Origin: Lama glama
Lineage: Eukaryota
Reading direction: 5' to 3'
Assembly (NCBI GenBank): GCA_028534125.1
Contig: CM052816.1
Location: forward strand, 29,762,001 to 29,826,000
DNA: 64,000 nucleotides
Part shown: positions 1-12,850 of the stretch, in pieces
Layout: every line of letters begins with the position of its first letter
Numbering within the stretch: position 1 is the first letter of the stretch
Made by a program: the position numbers and the translations under genes
Notes under the pieces: model-generated
Databases searched by the model: none
Told to the model about the DNA's origin: nothing
Seen by the model: the letters and a program-made list of their open reading frames with translations, nothing else

Positions 1-1969
1 TTTATTTAAAAATATACCTGCCTGTATACATCCCAAGGAGCACTGTTCCCATCAGAATAGTCAGGTCAGGGTGTTACACACATATTCCACAATATTTTAG
101 AAATCTTTCTGGGACTGCATCCAGAACACAGATTAATTTTCTTTCATATTCTTAAAGGTAAGAAAATTATCTCTTGATTGTTGATTAGATTTTTAAAGTA
201 TTCAAATATTTTAGCTCAGAATAGGAAAGTGGAAATCAACCAAGTTTTAGTGTGAAAATATGGTGAAGAAATTATTGTTTGTTTCTTTTGAGTTGAAAAG
301 AAAACCCAAATGCTTCACCATTTCTAAACATCAAGCCTAATTGCCTGTGTAGCATGAAGTCTTCATAAAGGATTCCATTGATTTGAAAGAAAAAGTCAAC
401 ATTTACATTACTTTTGAATCAGGCACTTAGACATTGCAAGGCTGCAGAATATTGGGGATTTCTTCTGATTTGTTTAATTGCTGACTATTTCCTGTAGTAT
501 TAAATTTTTTTAGTCAAAATTCATCTTTTTTTTTGCTTGAAGTCTACAACAATATAATTGCTAAATTGTTTTCATGTTAATATTATTTCACAATTATCTT
601 TCCTTTCATCTAAAATTGACTCCTCAATAATCCAATCTATCTTAATGTCCTGAGTCTTACCTTTTCAACATTTTCATGTTGAAAGTTTCATGGATCTTAT
701 ACGTAATTAGACAACTTACCACTTCATGTGTAATTGTGGGTATCTTTTCTTCTTACTTTAAAACTTCTGAAGGGCCCAAACAGCTGTACCTTAACAAGAC
801 TTCATCTTATAAACTTTAAACAGATCAAAAAATCTTACAAGAAAAACTTATGTTTTGATCATTATTATCACCAGTCCCCTTTATGCTGAACCTGAATACA
901 GCAGGAACATCTAAGAGCAGTATCAAGCCTTTACTAACTGAACTTGGCTGATCTTGAAGATGTAGCTACAAGTTGTAATGCTGCAGCATTCTCTGCTTTG
1001 ATCAGTCTTCTTTTCTATGACAAAAACAATTAACTTCCCATTGTTGGTTGTGAATTCCAGCTTGCTTTTTCTCTCTGGACCCTGTTCTGTTACTGATTAC
1101 TGAAAGTTCTGACCAAGGGGAGTTGCTAGTAAATGCTTTTGTGGCTGAATTTCTGTCCTGTCTAACCCCCCCCCCCACCCGCTGCCCCGTTTTTACTTTC
1201 AACCCCAAGGAGTTGGGCTTGACCATATTTAAACCTCAGAGACTCTCCTTTCAGCCTTCTCGCCTAAAACCTAGACCTGGCTTTCTCCCTAAAACCTCAT
1301 CTAGGTCCACTTAAAGGCCTGGAAAGAGTGGAAGAGTGGACAGCACACTCTGGCCTGTAAGAGCATCTACTAGAGAAAACCTAGAGTGAGGAGAAGCCGC
1401 AGGCAAATTGAATTCCTCATTGCCCTTCGCCGTCTGGAGCAGAGCACAGAAATATGACAGCACTGAATGGGGGTTCTGGGCAAGGGGCCCAGCCCATGGA
1501 ATGTAAGACTTCGAAGATGAATTATTGGGAGATGTATCAGCCCTTCCCCTGGCATAATCAGGAGCTGGGATGCAAGCCCTCGACTTACAGCTGTATAACA
1601 TGGTAGAATCTTGACCTCCGGCATTACACTATCCCCTCAGTATTTTATACAGATTTTTGCTTAATCTTCTCTTTGTGGAAGACTAATCACCTTTCTGTGG
1701 AGCCTCCCTCCATTCTCAGTCTAGTTCACCTTTACCTCTCACACACTGAGGTGAAGAGAGCAGAGGTGGCCTTTGTCCACTTCTAATCATGACTTCGTGT
1801 TCCTCTTACCAAAGTGCCCAGTCATTAATCCTAAGAAGGTGATCAGTGGGGTGTTGTTCTGCAGTGCTGGTGTCTATTTTGTCACAGACTCGTTCAGGAG
1901 AGTTGCTCCCTGATGGTAGTGTTGGAGAGGCTGTGATGACGAACAGTTTATTTTAGACATACAAATATG

Positions 1970-2263
1970 ACAGACTGGTGGCCCATGAACTAACGTGTTT
2001 TCTACAATCTGCACACTGTTTAATTTTTAAAAAGTTACTAGCATTTCACATTGGGAATCTCACTTAAAAATTCAGATTTCTGGCTTCTTTCAAAAAAAAT
2101 TAAAAGATTTTGCCTCCTTGAGCTTGTATTCCTTCACAGCAACAGTCAAGAAGGTCGGGTTTGCCTGCCCCCTTTGGACAAGTGTTCTTCAGTTTCCACC
2201 TTCCCTGGCCCAGCAGTCACTTGTGTCACTTGCCTGGCTCCTGTGGTCATTTGAGGCTGCCCC
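1970..2263 (+). mobile_element. MER102-like hAT-Charlie non-autonomous DNA transposon
   Basis: Contains AAAAATTCAGATTTCTGGCTTCTTT and the terminal GTCACTTGCCTGGCTCCTGTGGTCATTTGAG, both resembling the recalled MER102 consensus; length about 300 bp. Confidence 0.7.
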
Positions 2264-2966
2264 TTTTGTTTTAGAATCCCACTGTGGGTAGAGCTGCTGA
2301 TACATTGCTCTCACCATGTCTGTCTAACCTAAAGGTACAAAAATGGGGCAGATTAACAGTCATAAGAATATCGTTTCTAAGATTTTTTTCAGTTTTTTTT
2401 CTCTGTGGATATGGAAACTTACTAGAAGTATTAGTATAAGTTTTTGGTGGAAAACAATCATCTTTCAATATGAACTGAGTTGCTTGTTCAGAATCTTTGT
2501 TCCTTGGGGCGGAGGCAGGGTTAGTGAGCACATAGCCTGCTGCTTCTGTCTGCACTTGGAACACTTTACACAATTTTGATTCCAACTGGAGTTCTTGAAG
2601 GGAAAGTTTCATTGTATAGGAATAATGAGCAAATCGCTTTGAAGGAATAATGTCTGTCTGGAACAGACACAAAGGAATGAGTAGTAATCAACTTAAGAAT
2701 AAACAAACTCTTTAAAAGTTCATTGGTTATATCGTAACAGACAACAGCAGGAAACAGCAGGTTAGTGGAGCCCTAGGAGGCGCTGGATCTAACTGATCTC
2801 AGAGGCTGTTCACCTTCCATTGTTCTTTACACCTTCCTAGAATGCTTATCCCTGGAGGGAGCAGGGGATATTGAAGATGCATGCCAGGGACTAAATCAAA
2901 AGAGGCTATGTTTCTGTTGCTTCCCTGGAAATCTAAAGAGTTCTTATGTGAGATCTTGATGCTTTG

Positions 2967-3019
2967 TTTTATTTTTATTTTTATTTTTATTTTTATTTTT
3001 ATTTTTATTTTTATTTTTA
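2967..3019. repeat. (ATTTTT)n microsatellite
   Basis: Directly visible hexamer repeat; it explains the KIKIKI ORF at 2799..3056. Confidence 0.95.
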
Positions 3020-4418
3020 CTTTTACTCTTAGGTTGAGATAAAGTGTTAAAAGCATATGTTATTGGAGTGAGCATCTGAAGAAGTATTCTAATTTTGGAA
3101 GATGAATGTGAAACTGTTGAAGTGGCTAGCTTTTCTGGAGAGCATCAAAAGTAGGATGAGTGTGGAGCAGTAAATGAGGGAGAGAGAAAATGGGGGCCAT
3201 AGAGAGAAAGAGAAGAGGGGAGAATGTGCATGTGTTTGTAGTGTGTAGGATTTTATAATTTCAGGGAAGAATTTAGACTGAATTGGAAATAATTCAGGGC
3301 ATCTGTGAGAGTTGAAATGCCAAAGGCTTCTCTTGCCTACATTTCTACACATCTGCTCTCCTGGCTGCTACTAACATTTGCATTTTTTTGAGTCTTCTAA
3401 GGCATTTTAATGTTGGTTAATTGATCAATAAGTAAGAATCACTCAAAAGATGGGGTAAATTACAGTTTCACTGACTTTTTAAAAAATTGTTTATCTGAAT
3501 GTGAAGAGGCATCCAAGAGGCAAATGGGGCAAAGTGGCTAGCAGATTACAGATGGTTCATTTCCAAGTCCAGTTATTTCAGTGTTGACCAAAGTCTGCAA
3601 ACACTGCATGGAATTATCCATTCCCTTTCTATTTTCAACTGATAGCAAACCAAACAAAAATTGCACTACATTTTGGAATCATCAGTTGGCTTTCATGATG
3701 AAATCAAAGATACATGATTTGAGCTTTTAATATGCAAATTTTATTTATGAAAAGTTAAATAATTATATTTCTGCAAAACCCTCCCATTTATAACCTGAAG
3801 ATATAAAATATCTTTATTATTTATTATTCAGTTATTTAGTTAATCAAAAACAATCTCATACAATACCACATTAATGGTAAACAGTGTAATATGCATCAGC
3901 CTGATCTGTGTATTTTTATACTAAACATTAAGGGAGGAATTTGCACATTTACAAACTAATCTTTAAATTGTTGTTAATCTAAATGTGGGTGCTTGGAAGG
4001 AAAAAAAATGTAAGACAGAAAATCTCACAGATAATCACCTTAATGAAAACCTGAAACCTGAGGGAAAAAACCATCTTATGTTCTGGTAAAAAAAAAAGCT
4101 TCTGAAGCCGTATAAACTGATGCAGAATTCATCATGGTTATGAACCCATATTCAATTATAGGGACCCATTTCTTTAAGCCACCTTCTAGTGTAATGATAT
4201 AGTCTTAGTAACTCTTGCATGCTATACCGCCACACAATAAATATTAAGTTAATGACAGGAAGAATGAATGATTTCTTTAGATGCTAAGATTCTGGTTTAG
4301 TGTGATGCTAGCTGACAATTCAGAGAAATATAAAATTTAGCATATTATTGGATGCCCAAAACTCTGACTTGCTTAGATAACCTACAAATACATATAGTTA
4401 AATTAAAAAGGCAATTTA

Positions 4419-4515
4419 TTTATTTAAAAAGTTTTTTTAATAGAGGTGCTGAGGATCGAACCCAGGGCCTCCCACATGCTAAGCAAGCCCTCTGCCACTG
4501 AGCCGTACCCTCCCC
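4419..4515 (-). mobile_element. tRNA-derived SINE (camelid Vic-1-like)
   Basis: Minus strand reads GGGGAGGGTACGGCTCAGTGGCAGAG...GCCCTGGGTTCGATCCTCAGCACCTCTA followed by an A-rich tail. It has A-box (GGCTCAGTGG) and B-box (GGTTCGATCC) motifs and is flanked by the TSD AAAAG[G/A]CAATTTA (4406-4418 and 4518-4530). Confidence 0.85.
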
Positions 4516-4919
4516 GCAAAAGACAATTTAAAATCCCTCTGAAAGCCTGATTCTTGAAGGGAGTCCTAATTTCCTTTTAGAAGGAAAGAAGACTTTGAGG
4601 AAATGACTCTGCACTAAACTTGCCCACTTAGTAATTTTTTTTGGGTGAAATCAGATTAATACAAGCATCAAAGAAAGGTTCTGAAAGAATGGGGTAAGAC
4701 TAGAGGGAACAGGAGGAAATCATAATTCCTTCTCCCTGATCGACTACGTGTGGAAGGGAGGAAGCACCAATTTTGCTGTTTGCTCTGTTTGTAATAGGGG
4801 TCTTATGGTTGCTTTATGTCAAATGGCAGGTCTTTCCTAACTCTGGTTTCTGGAGCTTCCTTCTCCACACATACTCATCTTGGTGTTACTGCTCATGGGT
4901 GGTGTGGAGTGCCCTGAAG

Positions 4920-5258
4920 CAGGGCTCAGAAACTGCTGCTCCAGGGCCACTTCAGGCCCCCTGCTTGCTTTTGTAAGGTCCTGGGGTTGAGCATGGCTTT
5001 TACATTTTTAAAAGGTTGGAAAAAAAATCAAAAGAGCAATAATATTTAGTAACATGTCAAAATTGTGTAAAAAATCCAAATTTTAGTGCCTACAACTACA
5101 TTTTTATTGGCATATAGCCACATTCATTAATTTACATATTGTCTGTGGCTGCTGTCACAGTATAGCCGTGGAGATGGGTACTTGCAATAGAGACTCTGTG
5201 GTTAGTTAAGCCTGAAATGTTAACTGCCTGGCCCTTTACAGAAGTTTGCCAAACCCTA
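4920..5258. mobile_element. MER58B-like hAT-Charlie MITE
   Basis: Ends CAGGGCTCAGAAACTG... and ...GGCCCTTTACAGAAGTTTGCCAAACCC; internal TTTTATTGGCATATAGCCAC and CATATTGTCTGTGGCTGCT are typical of MER58; about 340 bp. Confidence 0.75.
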
Positions 5259-5309
5259 CTCTTAAAGCACAGAATTTAGGAAGGACACCCTGATGCGCTT
5301 TGTCAGGAG

Positions 5310-5470
5310 CTGGGCATCAGTGACATAAAATCACTTGAGGCCATTGTAAAAAGGCAGATTCCTGGGTCCTGGTGCTGTGCTTTCTACTAAACAGAAATCC
5401 ATGGAGCCATGCAGACTATGGAGTCTGCATTTGTAACTGGTGCCCCTCCAGGTGTTTTTTCCTACCACTG
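5310..5470. mobile_element. MER5-like hAT-Charlie remnant
   Basis: AAATCACTTGAGG...GCAGATTCCTGGGTCC...GTCTGCATTT...CCAGGTG resembles MER5A. Confidence 0.5.
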
Positions 5471-5705
5471 TGGAGCCAGAATCTTTGCTTTGTACAGGGA
5501 AAGGGAACTGGGTTTCTGGCTGCCTAGAACTGACTCAGTCTAGGTAGACTACCTGGTTTTTCCTGAATTGTCTCCTATGGGTTGTCTGAGGTAGGCTAGA
5601 GCATTCTCTCTGATTTCTACATTTTTCTGTGACCCCTTCTCACTTGCAGAGCTCCTAGGAAGTCTTGCAATTGAAATAAGATCTTATTTATCTTTGTGTA
5701 TAAAA

Positions 5706-5785
5706 TAGTGATCTCCAAAGTGGATTGTGCATACTCACAGAGTCTGTAATCCTCTCACTTCTGGGAAAAAAAAAATTAGAATTAT
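5706..5785. mobile_element. hAT-Charlie (Charlie7-like) element, left part
   Basis: TAGTGATCTCCAAAGTGGATTGTGCA resembles the CAGTGGTCTCCAAAGTGGGGTGC terminus; the element appears to continue at about 7745 after the HAL1. Confidence 0.45.
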
Positions 5786-5789
5786 TAGT

Positions 5790-7740
5790 TCTCCTCTGTA
5801 ACTTGATTGAAATACATGTACAAAGCTCAAAAACTTTTAAAAATTATAACAGAAAAACAGTGTTTCCCACTTACACTCATTGCCACACTCATTCCTCTTC
5901 CCGAAGGCTATTTCCTTTGCCACTTACCTTTATATTTGTAAATAGTACACCCGTACTACTATTTCTTGATTTTGCTGTTGGGAGACATTACCTGTTGACT
6001 TCTGTTACAAAAGATGAGGAACTTGTTCTCCTATAGGCTGCTTACTCATACGCTTGCCTTACTGACATGTCTAAGTATGATTATATAAAAACCTTAATAT
6101 AATATTCGGTGTTTACATGATTATGGCAATGGATTGATTGCTTTCTGGGTCTGCTTCATAGCTATTGTCCTTTAACTTTTCTTCACCATCCTGGAATTCC
6201 CTTTTCCTCTTTTGTTTGTTGATTTCTTACTTAGTTGTCTCAGGTTTTCCTTTTTCTTGCCTTTCTCCCTCATTTTGCTGGATCCCATTCTCCAGTGGTT
6301 TCCTGATGGAAGGCATGTGGGAGATAAGCTTTTCAAGATTGGAAATGCCTTGATTGATAGTTTTGATGATGATAGTATTGGAGTTTAGAAATATTTTTTT
6401 CTCCATAAGGCATTATTTCCTTTACTTTCAAGGAAACTTTGAAAGTTGCTATCAAGAAGTCCAATGTCATGTTGATTCCTGATGCTTTGTTTTTCTCAGG
6501 AAACTCTGATACATCTTCCCTTTTTTCTCTCCAGTGGTCTGAAATTTCAGGATTATATGATTTACCGTAGGTCTTTCTTCATTTATTGTGCAGAGTACTG
6601 GGTGGTTCCTTTCAGTCTAGCCTCTCATATACTTTCATTTTGAAAAGTTTTTCTTGTATTATTTTTATTTTAGTTCCCTCTTTTTCTCTATTCTCTCCTT
6701 CTAGAACTCCTATTCATTAGATATAGGAACTTCTTTATTGATTTTAATTTTCTTGTTTCTGTCCTGTTTTCCATCTCTTTATTTTTCAGTTCTACTTTCT
6801 GTTATAGTTTGTCCGTCTTATCTCCCAATTCTTATTGAACTAGTTTTGGTTAACATTTTTATTTCCAAGAGGTTTTTCTTTTTCTCTGAATTTTTTTTAT
6901 TATAACACATTATTCTCATTTCATGGCTATGATATCTTCTCTTTGAGCTCTGATTATAGTTTGTTTTTGCAGTTGTTTTAACATGTTCTCTATTTCTTCT
7001 GAGTTTTTTTTTTCCTCTATTAGTTTTGACCTCTATTTTTCATGTCAGAGGCCTTTCTCAAATTTCTAGTGATCTTTGGCTCTTTGTTCATATTAAAAAA
7101 TGAAACACTAAAGAGCTTAGTGGAATTTCTGTGTGTACGATTGAGGCATATCTGTTGGGAGCTTCATATTAAGATAAAAAGGCAATGAGCTGGTTCTTTC
7201 ACTTTGGAATAACCAAAGAGTGTAGCTATTTATTTGGAAGCTCTGTTTCCTCAGAGGAATCTCTAGTCTCATGCATGGATGGAGTAAACTTGATTTTTAG
7301 TATTCCAGTAGTTGAGTAAAGGAAGAGGGGCTGGAGGTTGCACCTTTCTGTGTGGAGAATTTAACTTGTCATTTTCAGTACAGTCCCTCACTCAGCCATG
7401 CAGGGCTTTCTAGAAAGTAAACTTACTGTCTTCCGCCAGAATGTATAGGTTGGGGTGAGGTGTGGGGGAGTCATTTAGCTACGTATAGTGGACATGGGAC
7501 CTTCCAACCAATCCTCAGGTTCCAACCAAGACTTACACACAGTGTCTCTAGTTTCTAAGTCTTTCTCAAAGTCTGTGTTGTGAGTTGATCTTTCTGGTCA
7601 CTTTATTTCTCCCAGTCTCCTATCACCGCCCCATTACTTACAAGATTTTAGTTTTCTGTCATCTCTGAACCTTTTACTGTCATTGTGAGGTTGCAAAGAA
7701 GGTAGTGATACATGTGTATGTATAATTTACTAATTTAGTG
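5790..7740 (-). mobile_element. HAL1 (half-L1) or old L1 ORF1-containing element, decayed
   Basis: Minus strand near 6440-6490 translates KASGINMTLDFLIATF, like the L1 ORF1p C-terminal motif KGxxIRxxSDFSxxT. The ORF1 remnant is followed directly by 3'UTR-like sequence with no ORF2, which is the HAL1 architecture. Confidence 0.65.
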
Positions 7741-7744
7741 GGTG

Positions 7745-7908
7745 ATAGAGAACTCTATTTTTATAAACAATCTAATTAAAAATTGATGTATGTGATACTA
7801 ATTTAATAGTAAAGAAACACGTGTGTAATTTATACATATATATTTGAAGGTGTGTTCAAAATTATTTACTGATGGAGGTATTGGATAAAACACATTTACA
7901 AACTACTT
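7745..7908. mobile_element. hAT-Charlie (Charlie7-like) element, right part
   Basis: AGAACTCTATTTT...GTGTTCAAAATTATTTACTGATGGAGGTATTGGATAAAA resembles the Charlie7-type right end. Confidence 0.45.
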
Positions 7909-9694
7909 ATGTTGAAGATATATAGTTAAATATTTGAAAAATATTTGTGTGTAAAGATAGAAGTTGAACTGAGAATTCTTTAAATCAGAAATACTAAAAA
8001 TTTTGCAAGATGAAAACATAGCAAAGTTCAGTTATATAGCTTTCTATGCGCACAAAAGCAAATGTACTAAATCACATGGCTTTCCAGAAGGTAGCATTGG
8101 GTATAAAGTTCAAGAATCATATTTAGCCCCAATTTATGGGAGAATTTTATAATTTGAACTATTCAAAAATGAAATTTGTTGCTTTGAGATTTTATTTTTA
8201 CTTTAATAATACGTTTTTCCTCCTTTTCTTTCATCATGCACATTTACGTCCAGTTTCTAGAGATACTGTACATGAGGTTTCAGTTTAGTGTAATTTACTA
8301 GACTAGAAAAGTTCTGAACTCCCTCCAAAGTCTAATATTCTGTGATTTGAAATCAGATTTATAGTTGTAAAACACCATGCTAGGGTCAGTTTTGAATAAG
8401 CAAAACAGAATTCAGAGTAATATATGTGTATAATATATTTTGTAGTTATAACTTTATCGTTGCTATTTATGGCTAAAGATTTGTCTTACTGGCATGACTT
8501 ACAGAAGGTGTTCCTCAATAAGGCTTACGCAGAGCTCCTTGACACTTTGAAAGAAAGGGCTTGTCTCAGTGGGAAAGACTTCCATCCATGTCACTGGGCT
8601 ATCTTTCATGTGGAACGAAAGTAATTAGATGTCTGGCTTTAGCACTGTGGTATTAAGTCTTATCTTGAGGACACCTAAGGTTTATGTAATACCCAGGCAT
8701 CAGTCAATTAGACCGAGAGAAAAAAAAACAAGTCAATTTTATGAGTCTGCATGAGTCAGGCATTTGATTATCCTGAGAAAACAGGGGTCTGGCTCCTTTC
8801 ACTGAAGCTTTCCTTCTGCAATCGATTAACTGCTGACTCTTGTTCTATTGACCCCCACTAATTTTGTTGCATGGTCTGTCATTCCTTATCTGAAGTGAGT
8901 GGGAGGCTCCTCTGTAAATATCAACAACCGATGGGGTTAAGGGAGGCTCCGTCTGTTCTGGGATGGCTCTTCGTAGTATGTGTCTGTGTGGAGAGCCATT
9001 CCTAAACTTGCAGCCTAACTCATTTTCTAAGACCAGATTAGGAGTTATAGCTCTCTTTTTTGCACGTAAAACAATTGTTGGACAACCAAAACCTGGGTAG
9101 ATATTTACATATTAGAATTTCATTTTGTCTTCCCTTTATTATTTTTTTCACATCATATTCTTACTAATATAAAATTCGACCTTTTAGTGGAAGTGGAATT
9201 TAGAGACGCAATAAATAAATTAACTTTTGCCAGCTAAGGATTAGCTGGTACTACTTCATTTTACTTTCAGTTTCTTTGTATCAAAAATTTTGGTGACTTG
9301 TTTAAAAGAACAACTTTGGACTGAATCCTTTAATTAGTATAGACAATTACTAAAATCGTCTAATGCTGCTGGCTCCGTGTTGTTCATTGGGTATCATTTG
9401 GATCTCTATTCCCCAAATCATTTGAAATTTCAGAATATCAGATTGCTGTAATAGTTTTAAGAAAAATGTCTAAAGTCTAGTTGAATTATGTAAGTCACAT
9501 ATTAGACATAGAAGAAGGAATTCACTGGAATAAACTTATTGCTGAGTGAGCTCTCCAGAGTGGGATATGATCCATCACTGCTGAATACTTCTCCCCAGCT
9601 TGAGACCTTATCACCTTAAGGTCAAACTGAAATGTGACATTTATAAACCATGATGCATTTTAGATCCAAGTAAACTGGGCATTCTAGAAAGGCA

Positions 9695-10160
9695 AGATAG
9701 TGTAGGCTTAAGAGTATAGGCTCACTTCTATTTTGACTGTCTCAAATTATATTTGTAAAATGGAGACACTAAGGATTTATTTAGTTCTCATCTGAGCCTG
9801 AAGAACTTCATCTTTTGCTTCTCTCCAACATCTACCTGTACTCTTACTGGATAAAGTCATGTGCAGGTTCCTGAGCATCATGTTTTATTTCTCATGTTCA
9901 CAACATCATTGTTTCCTCTGTCCATTAGAATCTTTTTCTTATTCTGAATGGTTATTTTTCAAGACAAAGTTCATGGTTTTTTTTTTTTCTTGTGAGATCT
10001 CTGAATAACCAAAGTAAGGTAGAGAATGCCTTCCATTGTGCCACTGCCTATCAAGTATTAGAGCCTTTGTCACTCTGTGTAGTTTTTTTTTTATTAACAT
10101 TCAAGTCTCTCTTTTAGGACTGTGCACTCCTAGTGCTCAATAAATGTTGAATGAATACTA
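9695..10160. mobile_element. MIR fragment followed by an L2 3' fragment
   Basis: MIR core-like ATTTGTAAAATGGAGA at about 9750; L2 3' end TAGTGCTCAATAAATGTTGAATGAAT at 10131-10157. Confidence 0.6.
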
Positions 10161-10177
10161 TTTATCATGCCTAGAAT

Positions 10178-10570
10178 GTGTTGGATCAGTTATCAATTGC
10201 TGCATAAATCCCTAGATTTATGGATGAGAGCAACACTGATTTGTCTGCACAGTTTTTCTGTTGGTCTCACTCGAGCTCACTCATGTAGCTATAGTCAGCT
10301 GACAGCTTGGCTGGAGATAGAGGATCGCATATGGCCTTACTCATGTGTCTGTTGCCTCAGTTGGAATAGTGGGGATGACTGATCCTCTCTCTCTTTGTTA
10401 TCTTTCATCTGGGCAGCTTCACATGGTGAGCAAGCCCTAATGAGCAGGTGCTTATAAAGCCTAAAGCAGGTCATGTGGCTGAGCTCAGAATCAGTGTGGG
10501 AAAGGACTATACAAAGGCCTGGATGCCAGGTCACATGGTTCATTGGAGGTCACTAATATAATAATCCAGG
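10178..10570 (-). mobile_element. MaLR LTR (MLT1H-like)
   Basis: TCAGTTATCAATTGCTGCATAA start, with CTCACTCATGTAGCTATAGTCAGCTG, GTCATGTGGCTGAGCTCAGAATCAGTGTGGGA and TCATTGGAGGTCACT motifs of antisense MLT1. Confidence 0.6.
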
Positions 10571-11009
10571 ATATGCACTTACCTCCAGTGTCTAACTGTT
10601 AAAGAAATTTTGTTCAAAACTCCCTTTGATTATTTTTCTCCTCTAAAAATCCTTCCAAGCTCCCCCATCCCCCCACCCCAACCCCAGAGCTTTTCATACA
10701 TTTTTCTGTTGCACATAGTCTCACTTATCTCGCCTGGGAGCAGCAGTGAGGGATTCATCCAGAACTTGAAGACTATATTCATTTACACTTCACCTTGTTT
10801 CAGAAAAATTTAAGGCATCAACTTGGAAATAGAGGACATAGGATTACCTTGTAAACTTTAACTGTGTAACATATAAGATTTAATATATATTGCTTCCCAG
10901 GTCAAGTCAGTCCTTACTGAAAGTATTAATATATCTAAAGAAAATACGTTGTTTTTCAAGTTTCAATTTCGAAAAGATAAAAGCAAAAAGGCCCCAGTAC
11001 TCTGTGCTA

Positions 11010-11400
11010 GGAAAAGTTCAAGGAGAAGGGCAGTCTCGCATGCTGTGGGATTGAAATTGCAATTGCTCTGTAAAGCTGTTTGGCAGTCTACATTGAGACC
11101 TTAAAAAGTTCATACTGAGTCAAGCCCAGTGATTCCACTTCTAGAAAATCATTCTGAGGGAATAATCAGACACAATTTTGGGCAAAGATGTTTATCAATG
11201 CATTATTTATGCAGAGAAAAGGGAAAAACCCAAAGTGGGAAATGGTGACATTATAGAACAGTCCTGTAATGGAATATTATGCAATCGATAAGAAGTGGTC
11301 TCTAGGGAGAAATTGTTATGACTTTGGAAGTTGCTCACAATGTAAAATGTAAGTGATTCAAAGATATATAGAGAATTAATTCAATTCTATAAACTCTGTG
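11010..11400 (+). mobile_element. Old L1 (L1ME-like) 3' fragment
   Basis: CCCAGTGATTCCACTTCTAGAAA, AAAGATGTTTATCAATGCATTATTTAT and ATGGAATATTATGCAATC match the L1 ORF2 C-terminus region. Confidence 0.65.
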
Positions 11401-11438
11401 TGTGTAGGTGTGTATGAGTGTGTGTGTGTGTGTGTGTG
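11397..11438. repeat. (TG)n microsatellite
   Basis: Directly visible. Confidence 0.95.
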
Positions 11439-12569
11439 TTCAGTGATCACAAATGTATTAACCCACTCTGTTTGGCACTAGAGCTTATTGGAAAGAAGAG
11501 AGACATGTTCACTTCCCTCACTCTGGTTACAGATTAGTGAGGTAAATAGATACTGAATGGCGTTAACACTCTGGGGTGATTGTCATTTTACACTGGAAAT
11601 GGAAAGACCAAGAAGAAAAAGGAGAGAGCAAATGAGTTTGTTGGTTTGAAAAGACTCAGTGAGTTTTGAAGGGGTTAAATATATTTTGGGAGGGGGATTG
11701 TAGCTGTGAAGCATTGAGAGAATAAATCAAATTAAGTAAAAGGGTTTTTAAGAATTTCTGCTAAATATATTCCTACTTTGTCTTTTTCTCTTTTTGCAAG
11801 AGACTATTGTGAATATTTAAGTTACTTTTCAATTATTTTAGATGCTGAGCTGAAATATCTTTGGGTATGACACCATACTGACTTGAAACATTCCAGAGCC
11901 CCCAGCTTACCGTGGTGTATATATGTATGTGCATACATATGTGTGTTTATCATCTATCTATTTATGCAAATATAATAAAGATTAGGGGGAAATACATGCC
12001 AAAATATAGGAGGTGATTACAGGTAATTTTAATTTTATTCTCAATTTTTCTGCAGTCAGAAAAGTATGTACATACATTAAAGACAGATATATTAAAAAAA
12101 TTTAGTTAATGAGGAAGTAGGTTGATCAGCAGAGAAAGCATATCATTGCCTTGGGCCAGAGGTAGGGTTACTGTCATCTTGACTTCAGGTATTTTCAGCA
12201 GGTCTCACGAGTGTGGAGATGGATTCCTCATGGTGTCATAGCCTGAAGTCATCAAACGTGTGTTGCATTCAAATGATTTCCTTAGTTTTGATTTACAATT
12301 ATCTAAACATTCTTCTGAGTGTAACCGAGGTTGAGAGTGTGTAGGTAGATCTGCTTCAGAAGCAGAATGAGCACGCTGTGTCATCACAAGCCCTCTGTCC
12401 ATAATCCTCAGGACAATGCAAGTTTCACTGTAAACTAGTTATGCGTTAGTGTTGGTAAGAAGTGTAGTTAGAATTAGTATTCCAGGTACGCCTTAGTGTT
12501 AGTAAGCTCAGTTAATGTAAAGTAATGTAGAGACAGATTCATGCTCACTGCACTGACAAAATCACATTT

Positions 12570-12850
12570 CTGAGCTCTCCAGAGATCAGCCCAGACCATG
12601 TACATGGAAATTTACCAAAGTCCATCCTGAGAAGCTTCTTGGCAATTAGCCATGTGACCTGTTCTGTTAACACTTTCACCTGTATATGTGTTCGTTTTCT
12701 GTAATATTCTACATTATTTATTTAAACTTTATAGAACCTTGTCAATTTTTTTTTCTTACTAGTATTTCTTTTTCATTTTTGTGTGTACTTAGCACCTAGC
12801 ACAGTACTTGACATAAAGTATGTATTTAACTAATACTTACTGAATGAAAA
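12570..12850 (+). mobile_element. L2 3' end fragment
   Basis: TAGCACCTAGCACAGTACTTGACATAAAGTATGTATTTAACTAATACTTACTGAATGAA is an L2 terminal motif; the left boundary is uncertain. Confidence 0.6.

Noticed and set aside
135..163. Pyrimidine tract followed by AAG|GTAAGA as a recursive splice site
   Set aside because: The acceptor would be AAG rather than YAG, which is weak.
4441..4515. Possible tRNA gene
   Set aside because: The A-tail, TSD and degraded stems indicate a SINE.
12180..12251. TGACTTCAGG/CCTGAAGTCA inverted repeat considered as a pre-miRNA
   Set aside because: Only a 10-bp stem with a poorly paired interior, and no known mature miRNA recognised.
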